Shown piece after piece: positions 19,358 to 28,982 of a stretch of DNA of 64,000 bases. The notes beneath the pieces were generated by a model that made no database searches, had not been told where the DNA came from, and worked only from the letters and a program-made list of their open reading frames with translations. A program made the translations under genes and the position numbers. The stretch is from Bdellovibrionales bacterium (GTDB taxonomy: Bacteria > Bdellovibrionota > Bdellovibrionia > Bdellovibrionales > JAGQZY01): NCBI GenBank assembly GCA_964230645.1, contig CAXRHT010000002.1, positions 96,001-160,000 of the forward strand, read 5' to 3'. Position 1 is the first letter of the stretch, and each line of letters begins with the position of its first letter.

Positions 19358-20899
19358 TCAAAAATTTCCTAAATTTTTATCAATCCAGCGTTTTAGATTC
19401 TCATAATTCTGAGGGTGCTGGGCTCCATAGGGCACTTCCGGAGGCGGTGGCATGGCTCGTGGCGAATTAAGTTCAGGGTCCATACGCCTTATAATCGTGG
19501 ACTCTGAAGAGCTCTGACCCACACGAATCCAGGATTTATCTAAAAAGGCGAGAAGCCCCTCGGAACCTCGCTCGGGAAACTCGCTCTCAGAATGGCAACG
19601 AGTGCAGGTTTGTGCGCTCATAAATTCGGAATAAAGCTCGTTCCACTCTGTAAGGACATCACCACTGAGGTTGTCGACGAAATCTAGATTACGCTGCTCG
19701 AAGCCAGGTCCTTGCGGTTGGACTGTTGAGCCCCCATTGGTTTTTGAAACCACATAGAGTTTTTTCGTTTTATCATCGATAAACCAAATTTTCCCAATCT
19801 CATCCATAGCCACTCCAACCGGACGAATCTTTTCTCCCGTCTGAGTGTTAATTCCTCCCACCAAAGTCTGTGGACGATCGAAGGGAGCACCGAAATCATC
19901 GGTCGGATAAGCCACAATAGCGTTTTCAACCTCTCTTCGGTGTCCATGCCATCCCATTATGATGAAGTTTTGTAGTTCAGCAAAAAGACCGGTTTGGTCG
20001 TAATAATCCATATCAAGAGGCGCGGAGTGATTGGGGATTAAGAAGAGGGGATCTTTGTTGATCTTGTTACAGAAGCTAGAAAAGTTTGCGTTAAGACCTG
20101 GGGTCTGCTGGCCATAGCCTACACAAAAGGGCCATCCATAATCGGGAATTTCAGAGCTTATTAATGGAATTTCGTTGAACTCCTCGGGTGTTCCCTCGGG
20201 GTCCATATTGTTTTCACCTTGATAAAGAGTTTCGGTTTTTGAGTTAAAAAGGAGCGCCATGGAATTTCTAAGACCTCGAGCTAGAACTTCGTAGCGGGGA
20301 GAATAGTTATCCGTACTTGTGTCATAGCTGAAAAGTCGGAGCTCGGCTTCCTGGTCCCGCGAGGGACAGTAAGTGCCTCCTCCCATTTCTTCTTGGCAGC
20401 GATCCGAGGGGGCGCCAACGTTTACGACCAGGTCGTTATTGGGTAGAACTATAAAGTGAGTGAGGGGATGGGAGCCGGCGGTGGGAAGGCCTGTTACTAC
20501 GGGTTCAAAGGACTTGTTTTTTTGTCTTAAAATAGCATCAGGGTTTCCGATCAGCACTCGCCCTTTTTGATCAAGTCCCAGGCCATGGGTATACCGTCCC
20601 CCAGAGTAGATCGTGCTCACTTTTTTAGTAGAAATATTAAAAAGGTAGACCTTACCGTTATTGCCGTCACCCCAACCACCGAGGTCGCTTATCAACATTT
20701 CGTTAGAAGAAACAAAAAGTATCTGGCGAGGCATTTTCCAAGGCACATCAGTTTCATCAAGAGCTAAACCCAAACAGGAGCCCTCAAGACCCAACTCCAC
20801 ACCACTCACATCTTTAAAGTCTCCACAATTGGCTGAGAATGAAATTTGAGGAATTAAGAAAAAAAGAAAAGAGGACATTAAAAAACGAAGAGTGTTCAA
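19358..20899 (-). CDS. PQQ-dependent sugar dehydrogenase (beta-propeller) with C-terminal c-type cytochrome
   Basis: GLRNSM, PEEFN, YGWPFC, HSAPL, RPVG; CTRCH and distal MPP; start taken at TTG 20899 after AAGGAA. Confidence 0.82.
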   Translation of the reverse strand: MNTLRFLMSSFLFFLIPQISFSANCGDFKDVSGVELGLEGSCLGLALDETDVPWKMPRQILFVSSNEMLISDLGGWGDGNNGKVYLFNISTKKVSTIYSGGRYTHGLGLDQKGRVLIGNPDAILRQKNKSFEPVVTGLPTAGSHPLTHFIVLPNNDLVVNVGAPSDRCQEEMGGGTYCPSRDQEAELRLFSYDTSTDNYSPRYEVLARGLRNSMALLFNSKTETLYQGENNMDPEGTPEEFNEIPLISSEIPDYGWPFCVGYGQQTPGLNANFSSFCNKINKDPLFLIPNHSAPLDMDYYDQTGLFAELQNFIIMGWHGHRREVENAIVAYPTDDFGAPFDRPQTLVGGINTQTGEKIRPVGVAMDEIGKIWFIDDKTKKLYVVSKTNGGSTVQPQGPGFEQRNLDFVDNLSGDVLTEWNELYSEFMSAQTCTRCHSESEFPERGSEGLLAFLDKSWIRVGQSSSESTIIRRMDPELNSPRAMPPPPEVPYGAQHPQNYENLKRWIDKNLGNF

Positions 20900-21267
20900 T
20901 GGATTTTCCTTGTTACAATTTTTGATAATAGAGTTATAGCAATTGATAAAAAGTTCCTGTGAAAAAAACATAGAGTGAGTAAAAAAGAAAAAATCAGTGT
21001 CCACACAATTGACAGATTTCTCTCGGGAGAAGACCGCAAAAGACCTCGTGAGAGGGGAGGGGAGTTGTAAGCGAATGGAAGAGAGTTCAGGTGTGAAGGA
21101 GATTGATTCCGCTAATATCAGACTCTGAGGTTCTGCGATTGTTTCGTTTTGAGACATGAGATTTTGCTTAGCCTCTCAAGACTTGTCAAAACTTTAGACA
21201 CTCAAACACCACTGGCTTTGTTTTGGTGAGGTCTACAAATTGCACTCTTAAAAGGTGGAGGGTTGAG

Positions 21268-21927
21268 GTGAATTATAAACGTACAGTGATGATACTCTTT
21301 TATCTGATCTTACTTTTTGGGATCACCCATTGCGGGGATGCCGATTTTAGTGGGTCTTCAACACCCGGTCAGAATGTGGGGCAAACCACAGGACCTGTGA
21401 GTCCAGATCCTATTGATGAGCCAACACCTGGTGAACCTCCCGTCCCCAATCCTAATCCAACAGGAAATTTTAAAGTGATTGAAGCCTTAGTCGTGGATTA
21501 TGACTTTTCTTTAGATGGTGAACAAATTGAGCTTGAAATTAAAGATGAAGGCGAAGATCTCATAGTTTTTCTTCACTTTCTTCAGCCCACTAAAATCACA
21601 CTAGTTGGAGACACCCGCCATATAAAAGCTTTGTTTCTAACCGGAAATGCTCCCATTACAACCTCTACGGTTGAAAATAACAATGGCACTCTATTTCCGA
21701 CGGCCTTAACCGCGACTGGTTTTTATCCGGCCTACAATATGGGATCTGGAGTTGAAAATCTCGTCGGCCAACAAGGTGCGGAAATCTGGAGAGCGGGTGC
21801 AGAGAAGTCGATCTTTGCCTCGACCTTAGGAGAGAAGCGTTGTTTTGAAGTAGTGTTTGAATCAACAGATCCTTCTTCGAAAAATCTGGTATTACAACAA
21901 TCCACGCCCTATACCTGCCCATTTTAA
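21268..21927 (+). CDS. Hypothetical lipoprotein with Pro-rich linker
   Basis: Hydrophobic stretch plus ITHC lipobox, PTPGEPPVPNPNP linker; start uncertain. Confidence 0.65.
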   Translation: MNYKRTVMILFYLILLFGITHCGDADFSGSSTPGQNVGQTTGPVSPDPIDEPTPGEPPVPNPNPTGNFKVIEALVVDYDFSLDGEQIELEIKDEGEDLIVFLHFLQPTKITLVGDTRHIKALFLTGNAPITTSTVENNNGTLFPTALTATGFYPAYNMGSGVENLVGQQGAEIWRAGAEKSIFASTLGEKRCFEVVFESTDPSSKNLVLQQSTPYTCPF

Positions 21928-21983
21928 AAAAATAAGACAACAGTCGAGTGGTCTGGGGCCAGAAGCTGTTTCATAATAGAGAT

Positions 21984-22916
21984 ATGGCACAACGTATCTT
22001 TATCCTCTCTTTTTTAATGATCTCCCTTGTTCAATGCTCGCTTTTTGAGGACGCTCGAAAAAGACGCTCTCCCGAAGTCAGAGACCTGCCAAGACAAGCC
22101 CGTGATGACGGAGCGAATCTTAGACGCCGGGTTGTTGTGCTACCATTCATTGATAAATCACCCTACGCTACGGGTGCCTCGGTGCAAGCGGCTCGCGATA
22201 CGGTCGTTAGACAACTTAATATGAGTGGTGAGGTTGTGGTTTTAAGTGCTGCGGACTTAGAAAAACCCCCTCAAGAGTATTTTGATGAGGACGGCTACGA
22301 GATCGAGAAGATAATTCCCATGGCCCGGAAAATTGGGGCTCACGCCATTGTCGTGGGTCGGATTCAAGAGATTAAGACCCGAAAAATTGGGGACAGTGTG
22401 GGGCTTTTTAGAAAAATAAAAGCCGAGGTTTCAGCCCTAGTGAATGTGGAAATGTACTCTACAAAAAGTGGTAATTCGATTGTGAAAGAATCGCGTTCAG
22501 CCACTGTGGAAGAAGAAGTCACCCGTGTTGCGAAGGCCTCTTATACCGACAAAGAGTTAAGAGATAATCCTCAGTTGGTTCGCTCAGTGGTTAGAGCAGC
22601 CTTTGCAAAAATGGTGAAAAATATTATTTTAGCTCTTCGCAAGATGAGTTGGACCGGACGCATAGCTCTCGTTCGGGGTGAAAAGATTTATCTTAATGCC
22701 GGTCGACTCTCAGGCCTACAAGTCGGGGATATTTTGCAGGTGGCAGAAGCAAAAGAAGAAATCTACGATCCAGAAACAGGAGGCTACCTAGGAAACATCA
22801 CCGGGCGTATGAAGGGAACCATTGAGGTCATTAGCTACTTTGGCAAAGACGGCTCAGTAACCATTGTTCATTCGGGCTCGGGCTTTGAACAAAATGATAT
22901 CGTCGAATTTTATTAA
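21984..22916 (+). CDS. Lipoprotein, CsgG-like / FlgT C-terminal-like
   Basis: LVQC lipobox; VVVLPF, IYLNAGRLSGLQVGD, IYDPETG..LG. Confidence 0.7.
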   Translation: MAQRIFILSFLMISLVQCSLFEDARKRRSPEVRDLPRQARDDGANLRRRVVVLPFIDKSPYATGASVQAARDTVVRQLNMSGEVVVLSAADLEKPPQEYFDEDGYEIEKIIPMARKIGAHAIVVGRIQEIKTRKIGDSVGLFRKIKAEVSALVNVEMYSTKSGNSIVKESRSATVEEEVTRVAKASYTDKELRDNPQLVRSVVRAAFAKMVKNIILALRKMSWTGRIALVRGEKIYLNAGRLSGLQVGDILQVAEAKEEIYDPETGGYLGNITGRMKGTIEVISYFGKDGSVTIVHSGSGFEQNDIVEFY

Positions 22917-22933
22917 TCGTTCAAACCTGTCGT

Positions 22934-23135
22934 CATAATGTTGTCCTGAGCGTTTTCATACTGGCGTCTTGAGAGTCTTCATAATGTCGTCCTGAGCGTA
23001 GCGAAGGACCTATTACCGAGAACTGTGATAGATAACGTTAGCTTAGCGGCGATAGATTCTTCGCTACGCTCAGAATGACGATACGCTTAGAGTGACAATA
23101 TGCTTAGAGTGACAATTTGCTCAGGAAGGCAATAG
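22934..23135. repeat. REP-like element with spacer and laddered end repeats (copy B; core 22986-23079)
   Basis: GTCGTCCTGAGCGTAGCGAAGGACCT-42 nt-AGATTCTTCGCTACGCTCAGAATGAC plus degenerate 23-nt (left) and 17-nt (right) tandem units. Confidence 0.9.
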
Positions 23136-23138
23136 GTA

Positions 23139-24326
23139 TTAACGCCTCTGATCCAATCTGGCCACACAGTAGCGAGCCTGGCTTGGGCTAAAACGGTCGA
23201 AAAATTCTTTTCTTTCATTTTTCCAAAGACTCAAATGTTCATACTCTTTTTCCGTCTTAATGAGTCGATTGTTTCTATCAAAGTATTGTATCAGCCAATG
23301 TCCAGATAAATTGACATGACGGGAGCTAAGATTTTTCACAAACACACGGGCTTCTCGTTTTTGAGAGTTAAAACGACATTTTGAATAAAGCTTTGACCCT
23401 TTATAATAGAAGTACTGGGGACTGCCTGGGCGATAAGTCGGTCGAACACTTGGGGTGCCGCCACTGTAGCCGGGACTGTACTGGTCTTTTTGGATTTGAA
23501 GGCGCTCTTTTTCAAGCTCATAGCTTTGCTGTTGCTTCTTTTTAGCAAGGTCCATTTGCTCTTTATGGCGTTGTTTTTCAAGGGCGAGTTTTTCCTCTTC
23601 GATCAGAAGAGCCTTTCTTTCATTGTAGGCGGTGGAGTATTTCGACACAAGTGTATCTCTTTTTGAGGCTGGACACTTTTGCACTTTCGCAAGCTCAACA
23701 GATTTCGATTTTTTTGCCTTGGCGTCCTCTTCTCCTTTAATGAGCCAAAAAGAGGGAGTACAATTGGTCTTCATTTGCTCAGAGTAGCTTTTCCTCATGG
23801 CAGTCTTCAATTCATTGGCTTTACTCGTTGAGCATGTGCTTGAGATGTCAGGAACTTGAAGAGGCTCAAAGTTTTTAGCTTGCTCTCTACCTTTTTCGGA
23901 AAACCTTTGAGAGTCGCAGTAGGTTTCTTTAAAAGAGTTCTGAAATACTTTTTGAGCCAGTTTTTTATATTCGGTGTCTTGCAAACAGATTTTCATTCTC
24001 TCCGGGTAATCAGTTGGGGAGTCTACCTGGCCAGAGCGAGCTTGTTGTTTGCCCCATTTTTTATAATTGTACTCGCTGCAATACTCTTTTTTACCTTTAA
24101 AATAACCAGCCTTGAAATCCTGACGATACATACTCGGAGAATAGGCTTCGAAATCTTGGCATATGTTTCCTTGATAGGTGGACGCACCATCAACATTTTC
24201 CCCTTTTTGTGCGGCTTGGTAGCCATGCTGATAGGCTACATTTTGAACGCAAACTCGTTTTTGTTTCATAGCGCACGCACTGGTTGATAAAAACACGATA
24301 ATCAGAAGAAGCTTATTGGTCTCCAT
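23139..24326 (-). CDS. Lipoprotein with DUF2799-like repeats and a coiled-coil linker
   Basis: TSAC lipobox; repeated G...A..G...C...Y...Y..G..YC units; K/E/Q-rich helix. Confidence 0.65.
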   Translation of the reverse strand: METNKLLLIIVFLSTSACAMKQKRVCVQNVAYQHGYQAAQKGENVDGASTYQGNICQDFEAYSPSMYRQDFKAGYFKGKKEYCSEYNYKKWGKQQARSGQVDSPTDYPERMKICLQDTEYKKLAQKVFQNSFKETYCDSQRFSEKGREQAKNFEPLQVPDISSTCSTSKANELKTAMRKSYSEQMKTNCTPSFWLIKGEEDAKAKKSKSVELAKVQKCPASKRDTLVSKYSTAYNERKALLIEEEKLALEKQRHKEQMDLAKKKQQQSYELEKERLQIQKDQYSPGYSGGTPSVRPTYRPGSPQYFYYKGSKLYSKCRFNSQKREARVFVKNLSSRHVNLSGHWLIQYFDRNNRLIKTEKEYEHLSLWKNERKEFFDRFSPSQARYCVARLDQRR

Positions 24327-24620
24327 GATGGGTTCCCCTCAAAATGATTTGTTTCAGCAAGGCTAACCCAAGTTGTCTTAAGGGGCAATTGGAAGCAATA
24401 AAAAGGGGAGTGAGTGGACGATTTGAGAAGCTCAAAATGGCAAAAGCCTATTTTTAGGGCAATGGTTGAAGAGCTAGGGTCGATTTTCTGACTCGAAGCT
24501 TTTGGGGGAAGCTCTGAGTTTTCAATTTAAGACAGTGATCCCTGGACCTTGGCAGTGAATCCCAGTGAGTTTGAATTTTGCCTTAAAAGTTGCCGATAAG
24601 TTTATGTATTAGGAGTATTT

Positions 24621-26573
24621 ATGAGACGAATTCATCTTATGATTATTGCATGTGTTTTTGGCTTCACTTCCCTTAGTTTTTCCAAACAAGATCTTCCCGA
24701 AAAGTCGACTCGAGTGGAAAATAAAAAGAAGTTGTTTAAAAGCATTCGAACCCAGCAGTTTTTTAAAATTGTTGAGCTTCGTCGTGCACGAAATGAGCAG
24801 TGGAAAGGCGTAATAAATAGTGAACCTCCACGCCATCTCAAGGTTAAAAAGCCCAGTACTCGTGAGAAATTGAAGATCAAAAATATTATCAATTATATGA
24901 TCAAAGAACTAGCCAAAGCTGAAAACGTGAAGGAGTGGATTAACAATTCCCCAAAAGCATTGAAGCTTTTTAGAAGAAAACATTTTTCGCAGTTTGGATC
25001 AGAGCCGATACCAAAATTCGTGCACTCAGAAACACAAATTCTTTTGTTTGAGAATGGCTCAAAGAAAAGTCCGAGTTTGTTAAGAGGATTCGTAACTGAA
25101 AAAGGGGTTGAGTTTTTTTACAACAGTAGGAACGTCACCGTAAAAAGGGGCGAATCGCCAGAGGCATGGTATCAACGAATAACCTCCACTACTTCAGCCT
25201 CAATTTTTGACTGGATCATTCCCAAGGCTCACGCTAGCCCAAATCTTCAGTGGGCCCATGCTCTCGGTTCAGCACAGATGGGTATGGAAGACGATAATTG
25301 GTTAACCTATGATTTTACTGACCCTCAGGGGCTTGACGGTGCGACTCTTTTTGGACTCTCTGATGATGCCAAAGATTTTTACAATTTAAGATGCCAAGGA
25401 AGCCGGGCGGTTTTTGAGACTCGTTTAGGGGACCGAACCTTTACTGTTCAAGCTATGAACTCTCATTACGAAGATACCCCGGGTGAACAATTAATATTTA
25501 ATCATGACGAGGTCCCATCCTTTTCGATCATTCACAACCTATTCGGTCGTTATGGGGACGCCGGTTCAGTCAATTTAAGATCGCAAGCCTTGAGGAACCC
25601 AGTGGGCAATCAAGAACTCCTCCCAGAACTTTCCGCTCTTCTGCAAGGTGAAGCCTTGCAAACTTCTTTTCCTCAATCCGAAAACTTTAATAACCTCAAT
25701 TCCGACACTTACAGTGATCACCTCTCCCAAAATGCTATGGCCTATCAAGCTTGTGTAGCTATGGGAAATAACGGTGTTGATGCCTGCTCGGAGCATGAGG
25801 CTCCCGGTGATTTTCTCGACTGTGTAAGTAGTGAAGTTTTAGGGGCAAAATTACCGGGAGGAATGAGAATTGCTGGTACTCTTCCCTGGAGTATGAGTCG
25901 TACCTCCGGTCTTCATTTAAAAGCCGAATTGGCAGGTATATTAAATTCTGGGCAAATCAATGTGCCTCAAAGTCGCCTTTACCCAAGCGTTGGTCCCGGT
26001 AATGGTTTAAACGTTGATGTCACAAGGTGGAACGCCAATCATCCTGGAAATGGGCGGGCTAACCTTATCACAAGACTTTCCACCAACCTTCGCGACAATG
26101 ATGTGGAGCAAGCCTTTCAACTTTGTCTGAACTCTATTCATGACGGCATCGATAGAACTTCGGAGTGTCAGTCCTATATTGATTCTTTGCCCGAGGAAGA
26201 AAGGGAAGCGGGAGCTCGAGCTCTACAAGGCTTAGAACTATCCATACAAAATCAGTACGCGGCCCTGCAGGGAAGTAATTCACAATTTATTGGTGATTTG
26301 CGCTCTCGCCTTGAGGAGGCCGGACAAGGACGACCAGAAGATGATAATTGTGCCAGGCGCTTTAATAATGAAGAACAGCAAAATCTGTTAGAACATTTAG
26401 CGCAAGTGGAAAGAGCGGGGTTTCAGAATCAAAACTTAAGTAGTCATCTCGATAGTGCGATTGCTACGGCTGATGTGGGGCGAGCCTGCTGTTCAAATAT
26501 GCGTTGCCAAATGTATATGAATGGAACTCTCCCTCAAGAAGAGAGAGAGAGAATCAGACCGAGTTCTCAATAA
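24621..26573 (+). CDS. Secreted hypothetical protein (basic N-domain, acidic Cys-containing C-domain)
   Basis: AGGAG RBS, signal peptide, GCCGATAA upstream at 24592. Confidence 0.75.
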   Translation: MRRIHLMIIACVFGFTSLSFSKQDLPEKSTRVENKKKLFKSIRTQQFFKIVELRRARNEQWKGVINSEPPRHLKVKKPSTREKLKIKNIINYMIKELAKAENVKEWINNSPKALKLFRRKHFSQFGSEPIPKFVHSETQILLFENGSKKSPSLLRGFVTEKGVEFFYNSRNVTVKRGESPEAWYQRITSTTSASIFDWIIPKAHASPNLQWAHALGSAQMGMEDDNWLTYDFTDPQGLDGATLFGLSDDAKDFYNLRCQGSRAVFETRLGDRTFTVQAMNSHYEDTPGEQLIFNHDEVPSFSIIHNLFGRYGDAGSVNLRSQALRNPVGNQELLPELSALLQGEALQTSFPQSENFNNLNSDTYSDHLSQNAMAYQACVAMGNNGVDACSEHEAPGDFLDCVSSEVLGAKLPGGMRIAGTLPWSMSRTSGLHLKAELAGILNSGQINVPQSRLYPSVGPGNGLNVDVTRWNANHPGNGRANLITRLSTNLRDNDVEQAFQLCLNSIHDGIDRTSECQSYIDSLPEEEREAGARALQGLELSIQNQYAALQGSNSQFIGDLRSRLEEAGQGRPEDDNCARRFNNEEQQNLLEHLAQVERAGFQNQNLSSHLDSAIATADVGRACCSNMRCQMYMNGTLPQEERERIRPSSQ

Positions 26574-26576
26574 AAA

Positions 26577-26598
26577 AAGCCAGTCTCTGACTGGCTTA
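26577..26598. terminator. Intrinsic terminator between convergent genes
   Basis: AAGCCAGTC/GACTGGCTT hairpin. Confidence 0.7.
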
Positions 26599-26622
26599 TT
26601 GATTTCATTGAAAACTTATCCC

Positions 26623-27900
26623 TTAGCCTGCAAAGTGCATTAGGTAAGCCACACCGAGTTTTCCAAATTCATAAATTTGTTTTTCACTGTTGATGTTGTT
26701 GAAAGTGTCATCCTTCGTGTGAATTTTACGATTAAATCCAAAAGGATCTTCGGTGGGGAAAGCGACCGGAAACCCGCGGCGATCCCAGGAGGCATGATCA
26801 CTGCTTCCAAAAAGAAGAAAGCCTGAAGAGTGTCCGACCTCCAAATAAATTTCAACCAGGTCTTGCAGTTGTCCGTTTAGGCGCGAGTTTGTTTTGTTAG
26901 TGACAAAACTAATTTTTGCTTCATTTTTAGCAAAACCATTCATATCAAATTGCACCATACTGACGACATTTACACCTCTGGATTTATAGTCGTCCGCCAT
27001 TTCTTGAGAGCCCACAAGGCCAATTTCTTCGGCACCGTAGCCATGAATTTCAATAGTGGACTCCGGCCTAAAACCCACTTCCATAAGGGTTCTAAAAACT
27101 TCAATGTTAGTGGATGTGCCCGAAGCATTATCATCTGCACCCGGAGCATCGTTATTATTCGAGGAGTTTATAGAATCAATATGACTTCCTAAAATAACGA
27201 CTTCGTCGGGTCTTGTTTTTCCTTCAATGCTAACTCGGATGGATTTTTGGGGACTGCCTCGATGTTCCACCAAATCAATCGAAACGTCTTCACGATCTCC
27301 TGGCACGAGTGCCTGGTAGATGTCTTTTAGTTTCTCTCCCGTCATTTGCCCATCGGGATGACTTTCGTAGCGAGTTTTCCAGGCCTGCATGGTTTTGATC
27401 GTTTTGATAATATTAGCACCTACCACTTTTGAAACAGCTTCACTGACCTCTGGCTTTTTGGAGGCCACACGCTGGGGGGGCTCTTTTTTATCAAACTCTA
27501 AGCCTTGGGGGGAGAGTTTTTGAATTCTTCCACAGTAGTGACCGGCCTTGTGAGCTTTATTGGCAAGAGTCATTAGAATGTCGTCATCGTTTGTTTTAAC
27601 AACGGCATACTCTTCATTTTTAAGCAAAACCACATCGGTATTTTTACTCATCCACTGGCTCATCGCAGCCGTGCCATGGGCGTGAGAGAGCTGCACGAAA
27701 TAGTAGTTGTTTTGTTCGAAATTGGCTGAGGACGCTTTCATTATATAATCCCCGGAAGTTTCAAAGATGATCTGCTTTTTTTGGCTCGCGGTCAGACTGA
27801 CTTGATCTTTAGCAATGGCTTTAAGCTCTGCAGAAGCGAGTGCGGTCGTTGAGGAAAATAGAGTGACGAAAAACAGAGGGATGAAAATTTTTTTAAGCAT
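26623..27900 (-). CDS. Secreted M28 family (leucyl) aminopeptidase
   Basis: GSHIDS, APGADDNASG, AEEIGLVGS, QFDM, SDHASW, IHT..D. Confidence 0.93.
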   Translation of the reverse strand: MLKKIFIPLFFVTLFSSTTALASAELKAIAKDQVSLTASQKKQIIFETSGDYIMKASSANFEQNNYYFVQLSHAHGTAAMSQWMSKNTDVVLLKNEEYAVVKTNDDDILMTLANKAHKAGHYCGRIQKLSPQGLEFDKKEPPQRVASKKPEVSEAVSKVVGANIIKTIKTMQAWKTRYESHPDGQMTGEKLKDIYQALVPGDREDVSIDLVEHRGSPQKSIRVSIEGKTRPDEVVILGSHIDSINSSNNNDAPGADDNASGTSTNIEVFRTLMEVGFRPESTIEIHGYGAEEIGLVGSQEMADDYKSRGVNVVSMVQFDMNGFAKNEAKISFVTNKTNSRLNGQLQDLVEIYLEVGHSSGFLLFGSSDHASWDRRGFPVAFPTEDPFGFNRKIHTKDDTFNNINSEKQIYEFGKLGVAYLMHFAG

Positions 27901-28145
27901 AAACTCTCCTGTGATCAGGGCTTCATCATCTCGTAGCCTAAAGCATAGGGCCAGTTATAAGCTCTGAACTTGATAAAGGTCTAAGTCGGCGCGGCTTTAA
28001 AGGCGTTGATTGAGAATTGAGCACACAGTCGTTCACTTTTACGCAAAGCAGTGACTGGTCGCTTCTGCAGAAACGTTACATAATAATTCTATTTTCAATC
28101 TTGACTCTGAACAGAAAAAGGTTAAATTTTCTAATCTTTTCAAAG

Positions 28146-28221
28146 GGTCTCTTGGCGCAGTTGGTAGCGCGCATCCTTGACATGGATGAGGTCACTGGTT
28201 CGAACCCAGTAGAGACCACCA
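28146..28221 (+). tRNA. tRNA-Val (GAC)
   Basis: Cloverleaf: GGTCTCT/AGAGACC acceptor, GCGC D-stem, CATCC-TTGACAT-GGATG anticodon arm, GTTCGAAC T-loop, encoded CCA; TTGACT promoter-like site ~28101. Confidence 0.96.
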
Positions 28222-28323
28222 ATTCCTATTTTTTTGCTATTTTTTTGTTCCTTCCCAAATTTTCGCGAAATACCGGATACCCCGTATACCGGGCGCCCTG
28301 TATCCCCGAAACCCTGTAGAAAC

Positions 28324-28369
28324 TCAGAGATCGGAGCTCCGAGCTCTGATCTCTGATCTCTGATCTCTG
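28324..28369. repeat. Palindrome plus heptamer tandem repeat (TCTCTGA)n
   Basis: TCAGAGATCGGAG-CTCCGAGCTCTGA followed by TCTCTGA x3. Confidence 0.75.
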
Positions 28370-28403
28370 AAAGTTTTTTTCTCATTTTGGTCACTGATCT
28401 GAG

Positions 28404-28787
28404 TTACTCCCACTCACTGCATCCGTCGTCTCCACAGAGAGTCAGTAAACTGTTTTCAATTTCGTAGGTAGGGGCAGACTCTAGATCAGTGCAGGAAGGT
28501 GTTGAACTGGTTCCGGCGCTTAATTCAGTGCAGTTGCTTGTCGTAATTGTTCCATTGTAGTTCGTTCCTATTGCTATGACATCGCAGCGGCAAGTTTTTT
28601 CGTTTACTAGAGCGAAGGAGATATCCTGCTCTTGCCCAATTAAGAGACTTTCAAAATTTAGTACTGCTCCGTTTTCCGTCGATGTCCAGGCTGAATGAAT
28701 CGCTTTTTGCGACGAGGCCGTTGATACAGAGTCTGTGTTTTCTCCACAGGCCACTAACAATAAAAAAGTCATTAGAAGATAACGCAA
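28404..28787 (-). CDS. Small Cys-rich lipoprotein
   Basis: LVAC lipobox; GAGGAG RBS before a TTG start. Confidence 0.7.
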   Translation of the reverse strand: MRYLLMTFLLLVACGENTDSVSTASSQKAIHSAWTSTENGAVLNFESLLIGQEQDISFALVNEKTCRCDVIAIGTNYNGTITTSNCTELSAGTSSTPSCTDLESAPTYEIENSLLTLCGDDGCSEWE

Positions 28788-28817
28788 GACAAGCTCCTCT
28801 TTTTTAGATCAATTTGA

Positions 28818-28844
28818 TTATCGGGAGAAAACAAATAAAGTTTA
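28818..28844 (-). promoter_or_regulatory. Sigma28 (FliA)-type promoter
   Basis: TAAA-N15-CCCGATAA on the minus strand, upstream of 28787. Confidence 0.65.
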
Positions 28845-28982
28845 ATAATTAAAATATATTTAATAATACAACTGTTCTGTTTCGTGAATTGATACAATCT
28901 CCGCCTTAGATAGAGAAACTGTCTAATTGATTGTTTTGTGAATGTATACCTTTATACTATAAGGGTTAGAAAGGAGTGCTAT

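Noticed and set aside
20900..21157. N-terminal extension of the 599-aa ORF
   Set aside because: Low-complexity intergenic-like translation; the RBS and signal peptide fit a TTG start at 20899.
22934..23135. REP ladders (also 57229-57439 and 59200-59385) as mini-CRISPR arrays
   Set aside because: Units are 17-24 nt in total with no unique spacers, are degenerate, and no cas genes are present.
28017..28394. ORFs 28017-28319 and 28140-28394
   Set aside because: They overlap tRNA-Val and the heptamer repeat.
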